Origin: Octopus sinensis
Lineage: Eukaryota
Assembly: GCF_006345805.1 (NCBI RefSeq)
Contig: NW_021833891.1
Location: forward strand, 1-64,000
Direction: 5' to 3'
Length of the DNA stretch: 64,000 bases
Made by a program: the position numbers and the translations under genes. Positions 25,701-38,056 of this stretch are shown piece by piece (position 1 is the stretch's first letter; each line of letters starts with the position of its first letter). The notes beneath the pieces are model-generated. The model saw nothing but the letters and a program-made list of their open reading frames with translations, had not been told where the DNA came from and searched no databases.

Positions 25701-26393
25701 TGCCAAAATTGGGCAATATTAAATTCAAAATTGGATATGATATCGATATGTCATCACCAGAACACGTTCTATCAGAGGGATACAACAGCAGATTAATGGA
25801 CCTTTAAACAGTCAACGTACAGGCCGCCTCGGACACTCGAGGGGAGAACCCTCGGAGGAATCTTGCGGGCCGTAAAGGGCATTAGTTTTGGGCCACTCCT
25901 CGGAACCCTCGTCGTCGTAACCGACGGAGTGCTTCCACAGATTACTATGTGAACTATTATCCGAGTTTGCAAGAGGAACTTTCTGTGATGGCCACACGAT
26001 TCTCTGAATCCACATCTTATACCACTTACTTATATATATACATTACATATATTATGTATACATTCCCCAACCGGACCAAAATTTTCAGGTTTATTCGCTG
26101 CTTGGTGTTCATCGTTAGTTTCTCGGTGTTCATAGCTGAACGACCAAAAAAAAAAAAAAACGGAGGAAAGAAAATGCAATGGTTACAGAAGGCTAACACC
26201 ATAGTTACATACTCCCAAGGTATCATGTTAGACGATAACACAATCCACTTCGCTCGCTTTCGCCCATAGTTCGCACAGCACATCCAGTCCCGTTACTTTT
26301 CAGACAGACTTCGTATATGTATGTATACAGATATATATATATATATATAAATGAAAGAATGGAGTTGAACGACGATTTAACAAAATTCCTTTA

Positions 26394-26476
26394 TTCTCGA
26401 CATATGTTTCGAAGACTGCATATTCCTAATTTCGAAGGAATAAGTGGTGCATTATGCCGCCTTCTCCTCAGGAAAA
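26394..26476 (-). ncRNA. Type I hammerhead ribozyme motif (canonical core)
   Basis: TTTTC-CTGAGGA-GAAGGC...GTCTTC-GAAA-CATATG-TC-GAGAA on the minus strand. Confidence 0.8.
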
Positions 26477-26612
26477 GTAAGGAACTTATGTCAGCATCAA
26501 GATGAACAAAACTTATAGATGACTGCCCACACGGAGCCCATAGCGATAGGGCTCCGTGTGGGCAATCATCTAAGAGTTTTTGTTCATCTTGATGCTGACA
26601 TAAGTTCCTTGT

Positions 26613-26695
26613 TTTTCCTGATGAGAAGGCGGCATAATGCACCCCTTATTCCTTCGAAATTAGGAATATGCAGTCTTCGAAATATATGTCGAGAA
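26613..26695 (+). ncRNA. Type I hammerhead ribozyme motif (canonical core)
   Basis: TTTTC-CTGATGA-GAAGGC...GTCTTC-GAAA-TATATG-TC-GAGAA; predicted cut after GUC at 26690. Confidence 0.78.
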
Positions 26696-27179
26696 TAAAG
26701 GAATTTTGTTAAATCGTCGTTCAACTCCATTCTTTCATTTATTTGTATTAAAAAAACACACAAATTTCCACACGAAAGCACGTGATCTCTGCCCTTGGCG
26801 TGTAGCTTCAACCGTGTTTTTCTGGCGTGAATTTGCTACCCAGGTATCGGTTAACCGAATTATCCATACTAAGATAATTCATTTAACTACTTATATATAG
26901 ATATATAAATATATACACATACTTACACACGCGTGCTCACTCACATACAAATAATATATATATAATATATATATATATAATTATATATATATATATATAT
27001 TATAATATATATATATATATATATATATTAGCTTACCTGTCTATTAAATATATATTATATATGACAGGTAAGCTAATGTTAACATAATTAATTCAGGAAA
27101 CGTTTAAAAATGAACTATATGTGTGATGAGGCAGACAAGGCAGCAGGCAGACTAGTAAACCGAACGGTTTACTGTTAGG

Positions 27180-27235
<56 letters not shown>

Positions 27236-27249
27236 CAGATAGATAGGGA

Positions 27250-27435
27250 GACTTAACGAAAAAACAAACAAAAGACGAAGACAGGTGGTGTAGAAAACAA
27301 ACAGATGTATTAGTATAACGCTCGGGAATTGAAAAATTCTTTAACGTTTCGAGCCTACGCTCTTCCACAGAAAGGAACACAGAAAGAAACAAGGAGAGTA
27401 AAAATGTGTGTAGTGGCTACCGATCTATCATGGTG
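27250..27435 (-). mobile_element. Probable solo pLTR-like fragment with a variant hammerhead motif, inside (GATA)n
   Basis: Minus strand CTTT-CTGTGGA-A-GAGC-GTAG-GCTC-GAAA-CG-TT-AAAG at ~27340-27375. Confidence 0.55.
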
Positions 27436-27447
27436 AATGGCTAGATG

Positions 27448-27526
<79 letters not shown>

Positions 27527-27695
27527 TGATAGATAGACAGACAGACAGACAGATAAATAGACAGATAGATAGATAGATAAGAGAGAGAAAGAGAGAGAGA
27601 GATAATAGAGTAGAGTGAGAGACAGAAATTACGTGGAGTATTGATAAGTAAATATGTAACATACATGACAGTATAATCTTGTTTTGGTGTATATA

Positions 27696-27875
27696 GGCGT
27701 AGGAGTGGCTGTGTGGTAAGTAGCTTGCTAACCAACCACATGGTTCCGGGTTCAGTCCCACTGCGTGGCATCTTGGGCAAGTGTCTTCTGCTATAGCCCC
27801 GGGCCGACCAATGCCTTGTGAGTGGATTTGGTAGACGGAAACTGAAAGAAGCCTGTCGTATATATGTGTATATAT

Positions 27876-27915
<40 letters not shown>

Positions 27916-28140
27916 GTGTGTTTGTGTGTCTGTGTTTGTCCCCCTAGCATTGCTTGACAACCGATGCTGGTGTGTTTACGTCCCCGTTACTTAGCGGTTC
28001 GGCAAAAGAGACCGATAGAATAAGTACTGGGCTTACGAAAGAATAAGTCCCGGGGTCGATTTGCTCGACTAAAGGCGGTGCTCCAGCATGGCAGCAGTCA
28101 AATGACTGAAACAAGTAAAAGAGTAAAACAGTAAGAGTAT
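27696..28140 (+). mobile_element. SINE family A, full length
   Basis: Matches 3905-4310; an empty paralogous site exists at ~29173-29218. Confidence 0.9.
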
Positions 28141-28179
28141 AGAATAGAAATCTCCAAAGAAGTAAGGTAATTCGTTATA

Positions 28180-28566
28180 TGGAAGCACTCCGTCGGTTAC
28201 GACGATGAGGGTTCCGGTTGATCCGAATCAACGGAACAGCCTGCTCGTGAAATTAACGTGTAAGTGGCTGAGCACTCCACAGACACGTGCACCCTTAACG
28301 TAGTTCTTGGGGATATTCAGCGTGACACAGAGAGTGACAAGGCCGGCCCTTTGAAATACAGGTACAACAGAAACAGGAAGTAAGAGTGAGAGAAAGTTGT
28401 GGTGAAAGAGTACAGCAGGGATCACTACCACCCCCTGCCGGAGCCTCGTGGAGCTCTTTAGGTGTTTTCGCTCAATAAACACTCACAACGCCCGGTCTGG
28501 GAATCGAAACCGCGATCCTATGACCGCGAGTCCGTTGCCCTAACCACTGGGCCATTGCGCCTCCAC
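28180..28566 (-). mobile_element. SINE family B, full length
   Basis: Matches 654-1033. Confidence 0.9.
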
Positions 28567-28567
28567 A

Positions 28568-28755
28568 CTAACACCATAGTTACATACTCCCAAGGTATCA
28601 TGTTAGACGATAACACAATCCACTTCGCTCTCTTTCGCCCATTGTTCGCACAGCACGTCCAGTCCCGTTACTTTTCAGACAGACTTCGTATATGTATGTA
28701 TATAGATATATAGATATATACATATACTTACACACGCGTGCTCACTCACATACAA

Positions 28756-28822
<67 letters not shown>

Positions 28823-28949
28823 TGACGCATATTTGCCATTTTGAATCTGGCTAACCCCTAAGGGTGATGCTACTGTAGTTTGTAGCCCCAGGAAGATACC
28901 TCCTCCAGCTGGCTATAGACACACTATCTGTGCCCTATCAGTATTATCA

Positions 28950-28984
<35 letters not shown>

Positions 28985-29225
28985 CTTACCTGTCTATTAA
29001 ATATATATATATGACAGGTAAGCTAATGTTAACATAATTAATTCAGGAAACGTTTAAATATGAACTATATGTGTGATGAGGCAGACAAGGCAGCAGGCAG
29101 ACTAGTAAACCGAACGGTTTACTGTTAGATAGATAGATAGATGCCCTAACCACTGGGCCATTGCGCCTCCACTGTTTTGGTGTATATAGAATAGAAATCT
29201 CCAAAGAAGTAAGGTAAATAGTTAT
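28568..29225 (+). repeat. Local duplication of the ~26194-28170 backbone with different insertions
   Basis: Shared unique blocks TAACACCATAGTTACATACTCCCAAGG..., ATTAGCTTACCTGTC..., AGAATAGAAATCTCCAAAGAAGTAAGGTAA in the same order. Confidence 0.85.
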
Positions 29226-29829
29226 ATATACACAAAGCGTGTGCGTGGGTGTGTTTGCGTGTGCGTGTGTGTATCTAATACGATGAGAAAAGTTTCCCAT
29301 GGGTTGAGACGGCCAAGACAGCTTGGCAGAAATGTTCACCTGTCAATGTTTGTTGACTTAGCAACAGCAAACGAGGTTTCCAGGAACCTCACCCGACGAT
29401 GCTAGTTTTGGTATACACGTGATACCGAGAGAATATGAGGAGACAAGGTGGGTATGTATACACACAAGACAATAAGTAATAACAAACCATAACCACACTC
29501 ACACACGCTGGTACACACACGTATACAGCAGACGTAAAGAATAGTAATTCGATTCAATTATGTTTTGTGGTATTACGTAGAACCGAAGTTTTTCAAAGGC
29601 TGCTGGATTGCCACTAAGGCTATAGGATAACGTAGGAATTGCTCCCCTGGGGAGCCAAACACAAACAACTCCCCGCCTCTTGTTCCCATCTTCTTAAAGA
29701 AAACAGAAACAAAACTCAACGAGTCAGCACATACCGACGAGTGAAACTCTTTTGTGGCTGTTCCACCTGCTGAAAACAACAGCCAAATCTCCTTCAACCC
29801 TCACCTGATTCTAAACAACAAACTACTAT

Positions 29830-30242
29830 TTACTCTCTTTACTCTTTTACTCTTTTACTTGTTTCAGTCATTTGACTGCGGCCAAGCTGGAGCACCGCCT
29901 TTAGTCGAGCAAATCGACCCCGGGACTTATTCTTTGTAAGCCCAGTACTTATTCTATCGGTCTCTTTTGCCGAACCGCTAAGTGACGGGGACGTAAACAC
30001 ACTGGCATCGGTTGTCAAGCAATGCTAGGGGGACAAAACACACACCACCACACACATATATATATATATATACATATATACGACAGGCTTCTTTCAGTTT
30101 CCGTCTACCAAATCCACTCACAAGGCATTGGTCGGCCCGGGGCTATAGCAGAAGACACTTGCCCAAGATGCCACGCAGTGGGACTGAACCCGGAACCATG
30201 TGGTTGGTTAGCAAGCTACTTACCAGACAGCCACTCCTGCGC
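29830..30242 (-). mobile_element. SINE family A, full length
   Basis: Reverse complement of the family A sequence. Confidence 0.9.
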
Positions 30243-30572
30243 ATATTTACTGTTTTGATTTACATGCAAGTACGGCTTACAAAGAACGGATCGTGCTTCT
30301 ATCTCTGAGACTGATTGTCGTACATAATGGCAGAGTATTCCGTAGATCAAAGAATCAGTAACTTCTTTATGAAGTGCTTTTATAATTCATCGTTCATTTT
30401 TTTACTTGCTTCGGTCATTAGACTGCGGTCATGCTGAATTGCTGAATAGTTTTGCTTTAAACCTGGTACTTATTCTATTAGTCTATTTTGCCGAACCTCT
30501 AAGTTATGGGGGCGTAAGCACACCAGCATCGGTTGGTAGGGGACAAACACAGGCACAAATACACACACACAC

Positions 30573-30625
<53 letters not shown>

Positions 30626-30674
30626 ATCTTACCTAGCCATCCATCTATCTATCTATCTATCTATCTATCAATGA

Positions 30675-30738
<64 letters not shown>

Positions 30739-30851
30739 GTCTGTCTGTCTGTCTGTCTGTATGTCTGTCTGTCTATCTATCTATCTATCTATATTAACTA
30801 TCTATCTATCATTCTTTCTATCTATCTATCTATCTATCTATCTATCATCTA

Positions 30852-30892
<41 letters not shown>

Positions 30893-31271
30893 ATCTATCT
30901 ATCTATCTATATATATATACATGCATACATACATACATACATACATACATACATACATACATACATACATACATACATACATACATACATACGACGGGCT
31001 TCTTTCAGTTTTCATCTACCAAATTCAATCGCAAGACGTTGGTCGGCCCAAGGGTACTGTAGAAAACATTTACCCAAGATGTGACGCAGCGGCACTGGAC
31101 CCCGAACCATGATATTGCGAAGCAAGCTTCTTCTCACGCAACCATATCTACGCCTTCTTTCTTTTTTTTTACATTCGTATATGACTCGCCCCACGTATAT
31201 ATTATACCAAATCTTACGAAAGCATCCCGTGTACCCCCAAACGTTCCCATCGCCGGCAACGCTTATGTATA

Positions 31272-31653
31272 TTTGGAAGCACTCCGTCGGTTACGATGAC
31301 GGGGGTTCCGGTTGATCCGAATCAACGGAACAGCCTGCTCGTGAAATTAACGTGTAAGTGGCTGAGCACTCCACAGACACGTGTATCCTTAACGTAGTTT
31401 CGGGGATATTCAGCGTGACACAGAGAGTGACAAGGTCGGCCCTTTTGAAATACAGGTACACAGAACAGGAGTAAGAGTGAGAGAAAGTTGTGGTGAAAGA
31501 GTACAGCAGGGATCACCACCATCCCTTGCCGGAGCCTCGTGAGTTTTTAGGTGTTTTCGCTCAATAACCACTCACAAACGCCCGTCTGGGAATCGAAACC
31601 GCGATCCTACGACCGCGAGTCCGCTGCCCTAACCACTGGGCCATTGCGCCTCC
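31272..31653 (-). mobile_element. SINE family B, full length
   Basis: 13-bp TSD ACGCTTATGTATA at 31259-31271 and 31654-31666. Confidence 0.9.
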
Positions 31654-31666
31654 ACGCTTATGTATA

Positions 31667-31958
31667 AGGACCCCCTTCGGTCATGAATGACCATGGGATT
31701 GCACCTAGAAAGTTCCCCTCCGCGGCACAAATCCAGGCAAGGCTGTTTATGGAAGACCCGCAGTTACCCATGCTTACCAGCCTTTCCTCTTTCCATTCCA
31801 CTGATGTTATCCGAGGGAAAAGCAAAGGCTGCTACAGCTTGGCACCAGTGACATCGCAACTCATTTCTACAGCTAAGTGAACTGGAGCAACAAGGAATCG
31901 AACTCGCTACTGCATGATTGCGAGCCCGACGCTTTAACCACTGAGCCATGCGCCTTCA
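31667..31958 (-). mobile_element. SINE family D copy with internal deletion
   Basis: Related to 4699-5010. Confidence 0.7.
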
Positions 31959-32426
31959 TGACACAGAAGATTATATAAATGCCGTAAACTATTCAATGAC
32001 CCACAAATACATTGAAAGGTTATAATTGTCTAATTAAGTTTGTTGCAAGTCCAAAAAAATCAGGCAATCGTTCCCAGAAATAGAGTGCTAGATTAACAAT
32101 CATCGGACTTGTGATCTCTAACACAACCTGTCACATAGCCATGAGTTGAGAAGGATTCTTTGGAGTTTGGATAATTCCCCTTTGGAAACATGTGCGTTCT
32201 GTTCAACACACAGCTCCATGAATTCCTTTCAACACATATACTCAGCCACTAAAGGACAACTGGTTAAGGTCAAACAACTGACAAGCAAATCTGTGGTATT
32301 GGGCAGAATATTTGCTGTAGCCCATCTTTTATACCAAGACAAAACAATGTACATGATAACACTTCCAATCAGTTAAGATCAGAAGCCATGAGAGCCACTG
32401 TCTGGTACTGCATCAGGGCATTTATC

Positions 32427-32487
<61 letters not shown>

Positions 32488-32754
32488 TGTACTTAAGCTC
32501 AGGAGTGGCTGTGTGGTAAGTAGCTTGCTTACCGAACACATGGTTCCGGGTTCAGTCCTACTGCGTGGCACCTTGGGCAAGTGCCTTCTACTATAGCCTC
32601 GGGCCGACTACAACCTTGTGATTGGATTTGGTAGACGGAAACTGAAAGAAGCCCGTCGTATATATGTATATATATATATATACACACACACTCAAACATG
32701 CACGCATACACACATACGCGCATGCATAGCATAACATGCACGTAACTGTATTTA

Positions 32755-32808
<54 letters not shown>

Positions 32809-32869
32809 CATACGTGTACACACGCACTACACACACTGCCCACACAAACACATATTCTACAAATAATAT

Positions 32870-33285
32870 GCAGGAGTGGCTGTGTGGTAAGTAGCTTGCC
32901 TATCAACCACATGGTTCTGGGTTCAGTCCCACTGCGTGGCATCTTGGGCAAGTGTCTTCTGCTATACCCCCGGGCCGACCAATGCCTTGTGAGTGGAATT
33001 GGTAGACGGAAACTGAAAGAAGCCTGTCGTATATATGTATATATATATATATATATGCGTGTGTGTGTTTGTGTGAGTGTGTTTGTCCCTCTAGCATTGC
33101 TTGACAACCGATGCTGGTGTGTTTACGTCCCCGTCACTTAGCGTTTCGGCAAAAGAGACCGATAGAATAAGTACTGGGCTTACAAAAAGAATAAGTCCCG
33201 GGGTCGATTTGCTCGACTAAAAAGGGCGGTGCTCCAGCATGGCCGCAGTCAAATGACTGAAACAAGTAAAAGAGTAAAAGAGTAA
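32870..33285 (+). mobile_element. SINE family A, full length (a head-only copy lies at ~32500-32660)
   Basis: Matches family A. Confidence 0.9.
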
Positions 33286-33316
<31 letters not shown>

Positions 33317-33449
33317 TGCATATGCACACAAGAGACAATACACACACACACACACAAACAATAAAGCGATATGTAGACGTGTGAAAGAAGTAAATAGACG
33401 GAACAGAATTCTAAGAATGTTAATGCGATTGTGGATAGTGACTGCAAAG

Positions 33450-33454
33450 TTGTG

Positions 33455-33485
<31 letters not shown>

Positions 33486-33736
33486 TTGCGGGTGTGTTTG
33501 TGTGAGAGTGTATAGATATACATGTTCACACACACACATTTTTATACATTTGCATACAGACAGACACACATATATAATATTATATATGTGTGTGTGTGTG
33601 TGTGCGTGCGTATGTATGTATGTGTGTATGTATGTATGTATGTATGTATGTATGTATGTATGTATGTATGTATACAATATATATATATATATGTGCGTGT
33701 ATAGATACGTACATGCTATATACATATATATATATC

Positions 33737-33797
<61 letters not shown>

Positions 33798-34610
33798 GTA
33801 TATGCATATATATATATTGTATAATGTACCATACAATATATACATATACATAGACATGTATATATATACATATATATATATACCTATATATATGTATGTG
33901 TATGCATTATATATATGTATATATGTATGTATATATATATACATATATATATATACATATATAGATATACATATATAGGTATACATATAAATATATATGT
34001 ATATATATATATACATATATATATACACATACACACGTGTGTATGTGTGTATATTTGTTTGCATGTGCGGTATATAATGTTCAGGCAACATCTCCAGCGT
34101 TATTAATGTCAACAAAAGTAACTAAACGATCCATTGGGTGGGGATGGGCATGAAAAGATCTAACAGCTGTAATAACAAATATGGCGTCGAATCTTGGGTG
34201 AGGAAGGAGTACTCTGTATGGCGCATGCATGCATTCTTGTATGCATGTATGTATGTATGTATGTATGTATGTATGTATGTATGTATGTATGTATGTTTTC
34301 ATCTGTGTATGTACGTTTGCATGCAAGCATGTATATATGCTTCTATGAATGTACGTATCTTTGTGTGTATGTATGTATGTATTTATGTATGTATGTATGT
34401 ATTCATATATATATATATATGAATGCATTAATATATGTATGGATACGTATCTTGTGTGTATGTATGGATGTATGTATGTATGCATTCATGCATGTATGTA
34501 TGTGTATGTATATATATATATATATATACATACATATAAGTATGCATGTATGCATATATTGTAGAGCTGAATATATATCATTAATGAGTACTTATCTTCG
34601 TTTGTTCATC

Positions 34611-34675
<65 letters not shown>
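33450..34675. repeat. Compound (TG)n/(TATG)n/(TA)n microsatellite block
   Basis: Directly visible. Confidence 0.9.
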
Positions 34676-34676
<1 letters not shown>

Positions 34677-35943
34677 GCCACTTGTATTTGAACACTATAC
34701 AAATATTCTTTTTAAAAAACTTTTCTTTTAATTTATCTAAATTTAATTGTTTTACATACTTACAGTTGAAAAGGTCTCAATGACTGAAACCGGTACTGAA
34801 ATGTTTTTTATAAAATTTTCATCAACATTTTTGATAATTTTGATCGAAATTTTTGAAAATTTTGATCAAGATTTCTCAAAATTTTTCTGAAAATTTTCAT
34901 CAAAAGTTCTGAAAAGTTTGGAAGGTTTTTTGAAAATTTTCATCAAAATTTATGAAAATTATCCTCAAAAATTTTTTTTGAAAATTTTCCCCCAAAATTT
35001 TGGAAACTTCATCGGCGTTTTCTCAGCCTCCAGTAGCAAAGATCACAGGTTATACATTTCTGTTCAGCCATGTCCGATGATTGCTAATATACCTCTGCAC
35101 TTCTGGAAGATTTTCAGCATGAAACCGTTCGGTAAAATAAATTGGCTGTTATGAGACTATAATATATAAATAATGTATATATGAGTAATGTGTGTGTATG
35201 CATGTGTATGTATGTATGTATGTATGTGTATACGTATGCATGTGTATTATATTTATATAATGCATGTATGTATGCATATATATATATATATATTATATAT
35301 ATATATATATATAATATATATATCATATATATATATAATATCTCGAAACGTTTAGTAGGATGAAACCTTAGCGACTGAGAAGGGGATTTTTCGTTGGCTT
35401 ATTGTCCTGTATCTCTCTTTTTTTTGCTTGTCTTGTTCCTTGGTTTGTGTCTATGTGTTTCGTCTCTCTCTAGTGTTCGACGTCTTTTTGGTGTCCTGTA
35501 CAATATATGCGTGTATATGTACATGTAGAGGTAGGTACGTACATATATGTTTATATAGGCATATGTCTTATTTTATTAACATATATATATATATATATAT
35601 AAATAGCACAATAATGCTGACTAAATTGAAAACAACATAAGGTGTATATATTACACATAAATCTTCTAATGTATAAATATTAACGTTCATCACTCAAATA
35701 CAAAAGCGAAAACAATTGAACTAAATATACACACCCTCGTGGGATCAACTCTGCAGAACACGAGGCGTTAACCATATATATATAAGGAAACGTTAGCTGT
35801 TAGATCACCTGATCATCCACCAACTCGTATCTGACCACTTTACCTCCCACACCCACATCTTCCTCAACCCATCCCACAAACGTGCCCACAGCCTACGTAA
35901 TCTATTGTTTCGTTGCTTCTTCCCCACTCCCAGCATCAAACCT

Positions 35944-36044
35944 ATCTCCTTCCATTGCTCTCATCTCCTTCCATTGCTCTCATCTCCTTCCATTGCTCTC
36001 ATCTCCTTCCATTGCTCTCATCTCCTTCCATTGCTCTCATCTCC
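35944..36044. repeat. 19-bp minisatellite (ATCTCCTTCCATTGCTCTC) x5
   Basis: Perfect tandem units visible. Confidence 0.9.
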
Positions 36045-36145
36045 TCTCTAATACCATTATCCTCCTCATCGGTACCCACCATCGCTCCTACCACATCGCG
36101 ACTCATTCACTTGCACTTCTATTTATTTGACCTACTGCATCCACT

Positions 36146-36202
<57 letters not shown>

Positions 36203-36852
36203 CCCCACCGTCTGCCGACCCCTGTATATTGTTTGTGTTCGGCCTGGCCTTGCACAGATGCCATTCGGACTCCTGCATCCGTCTGGAGCAGGGATAAAAT
36301 TTTCTCTCTCTGTACTTCAGTCCCTCATGGCCTTAATTCTCCAGCTGTCTTCATTTGCACATCCCACTTCAACACACATTTACACACATCACACCTCTTA
36401 CCTTCCTTCTGTCCCCTCAATCTCTACGTCACACATACACCTACTCTACACCCGTTTAACTTATTACCTAACACCACGCGATACAATTAAGCATTAAAGA
36501 TTAAAAATTAAGAATTAAAAATTAAAATCATACTATGTAATATTAACAACTAAGATTTATAAATGATACATTATAAATATGAATTAGTATATATATATAT
36601 CAATCATGTAAAATCAGGAAATGTCAAATATAGAATATGAGATATAAAATTATACAACAGAATAAAAATGTGTGTGTTTAAATGTGACATATAACAAGAA
36701 AAATCCAAATACATATACCTGACTGATTTGGAAATTTATTTTCCCAAATTATTTATACTATATGGGAATTTTTGTTTTGTAGTACGAGCAGAAATCCGCA
36801 GTACGAGCACACATATATATATACATACATATATATACACACACATATATAT

Positions 36853-36912
<60 letters not shown>

Positions 36913-37869
36913 CACACAGCGGTGACCTAATACAAACCAACACATATTTCTCCGTTTCTCCCGTTGTTTCACTTCTTCCTCTACTAAACACTTCATTTAA
37001 CTTGTCTTACTTTCAAAAAGAGATTATGCTTGACACGTCGTAAACTCTTCTGCTTTCGTACTTTTATTGCGAATCAAACTAATTCTCCTCGTTGATCTCG
37101 AACTTACATGCGTAAATAGTTTTTTTTTTCTTAAATTTGATTAGAAGTATAAAGAAAACATCACTACATAGACTTAGAGATGGACTTGTAGTCTTTAGAA
37201 AGATTTAATTAAACAGTTTCATAATTGTTTCATAATGTCTTGCAAACAACTTGCACATGCAAGTGCTACCAGTTGAAAGCTCCGTATATAGGAAGCCAGC
37301 AAGTGTATGGGGTCATCAGGAGAGAATGCGCGCTGTTTCGGGGCCTACCTCTCGACGGCATCAATGCGCACCGGCCCTCCTCACTGATATGAGGCCCCGC
37401 TTGCTAGATCAGCTGGTTATGAAGAACTCAATATACTTCTAGCCATGACGTTGAAAAGCAATGTGTTCGTCGACTCTGAACAGTAGTTGAAAATTTGTTG
37501 CTGTTTATAAACAGATTTGGTTCAAATTGCCATCGGTAGAGGTACAGCTTGGCTGGTTGTGTGACTCTATGAATGATAGTTGCATCAGAATTTAAGGATA
37601 TGTTAGGCCAGCGGATGTGTCATGTGACGGCATCGATGACAATTGCGCGTTATGTCCATGTATTAGATCACGTGGTAGTAGGGATGAGGATTGTGCCAAA
37701 AGTCAAGGCTGTGTTAACCAGCACAAACGATAGTACAAACGACAAGTCGTCAGAATAGCTAAAACTAGAAAAATAACTTATTTGTGTATATGTTTGTCAA
37801 TTTGTGTGTGAGATTGTGAACTACAATAATGTAATGTTTTGGTTTGGCTGTTGTTCTAGTTTATTCAGT

Positions 37870-38056
37870 CGTGGAAAAACGAAGAATTTTGGAGTTTTGT
37901 TTGTTGCACGTTTAAATGTTCACTTAGTGGAATCTGTCTTGTGTTTCGATCTCGTATTTGTTGCCTATGAGTATTGAGCCTGGTTGCTAACGCAAGTTTT
38001 GTTTGATTTATATAATCTTCGTTACAACCATTACATTTTGCGGCATAAATGATCAC
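37870..38056 (-). mobile_element. GIY-YIG endonuclease fragment of a Penelope-like element
   Basis: VIIYAAKCNGCNEDYINQTKLALATRLNTHRQQIR...PLSEHL fits the IY...C..C...YIGQT...L..R...H pattern. Confidence 0.8.

Larger units (their letters stand above)
26347..26742. mobile_element. Near-perfect ~395-bp palindrome with a hammerhead motif on each strand
   Basis: ~193-bp arms around a 9-nt spacer (26540-26548); sits in a TA tract. Confidence 0.9.

Noticed and set aside
37250-37760. Higher-complexity island with E-box-like GTCATGTGAC and TCACGTG, possible promoter or exon
   Set aside because: Short motifs are expected by chance; no linked ORF or exon structure could be supported.
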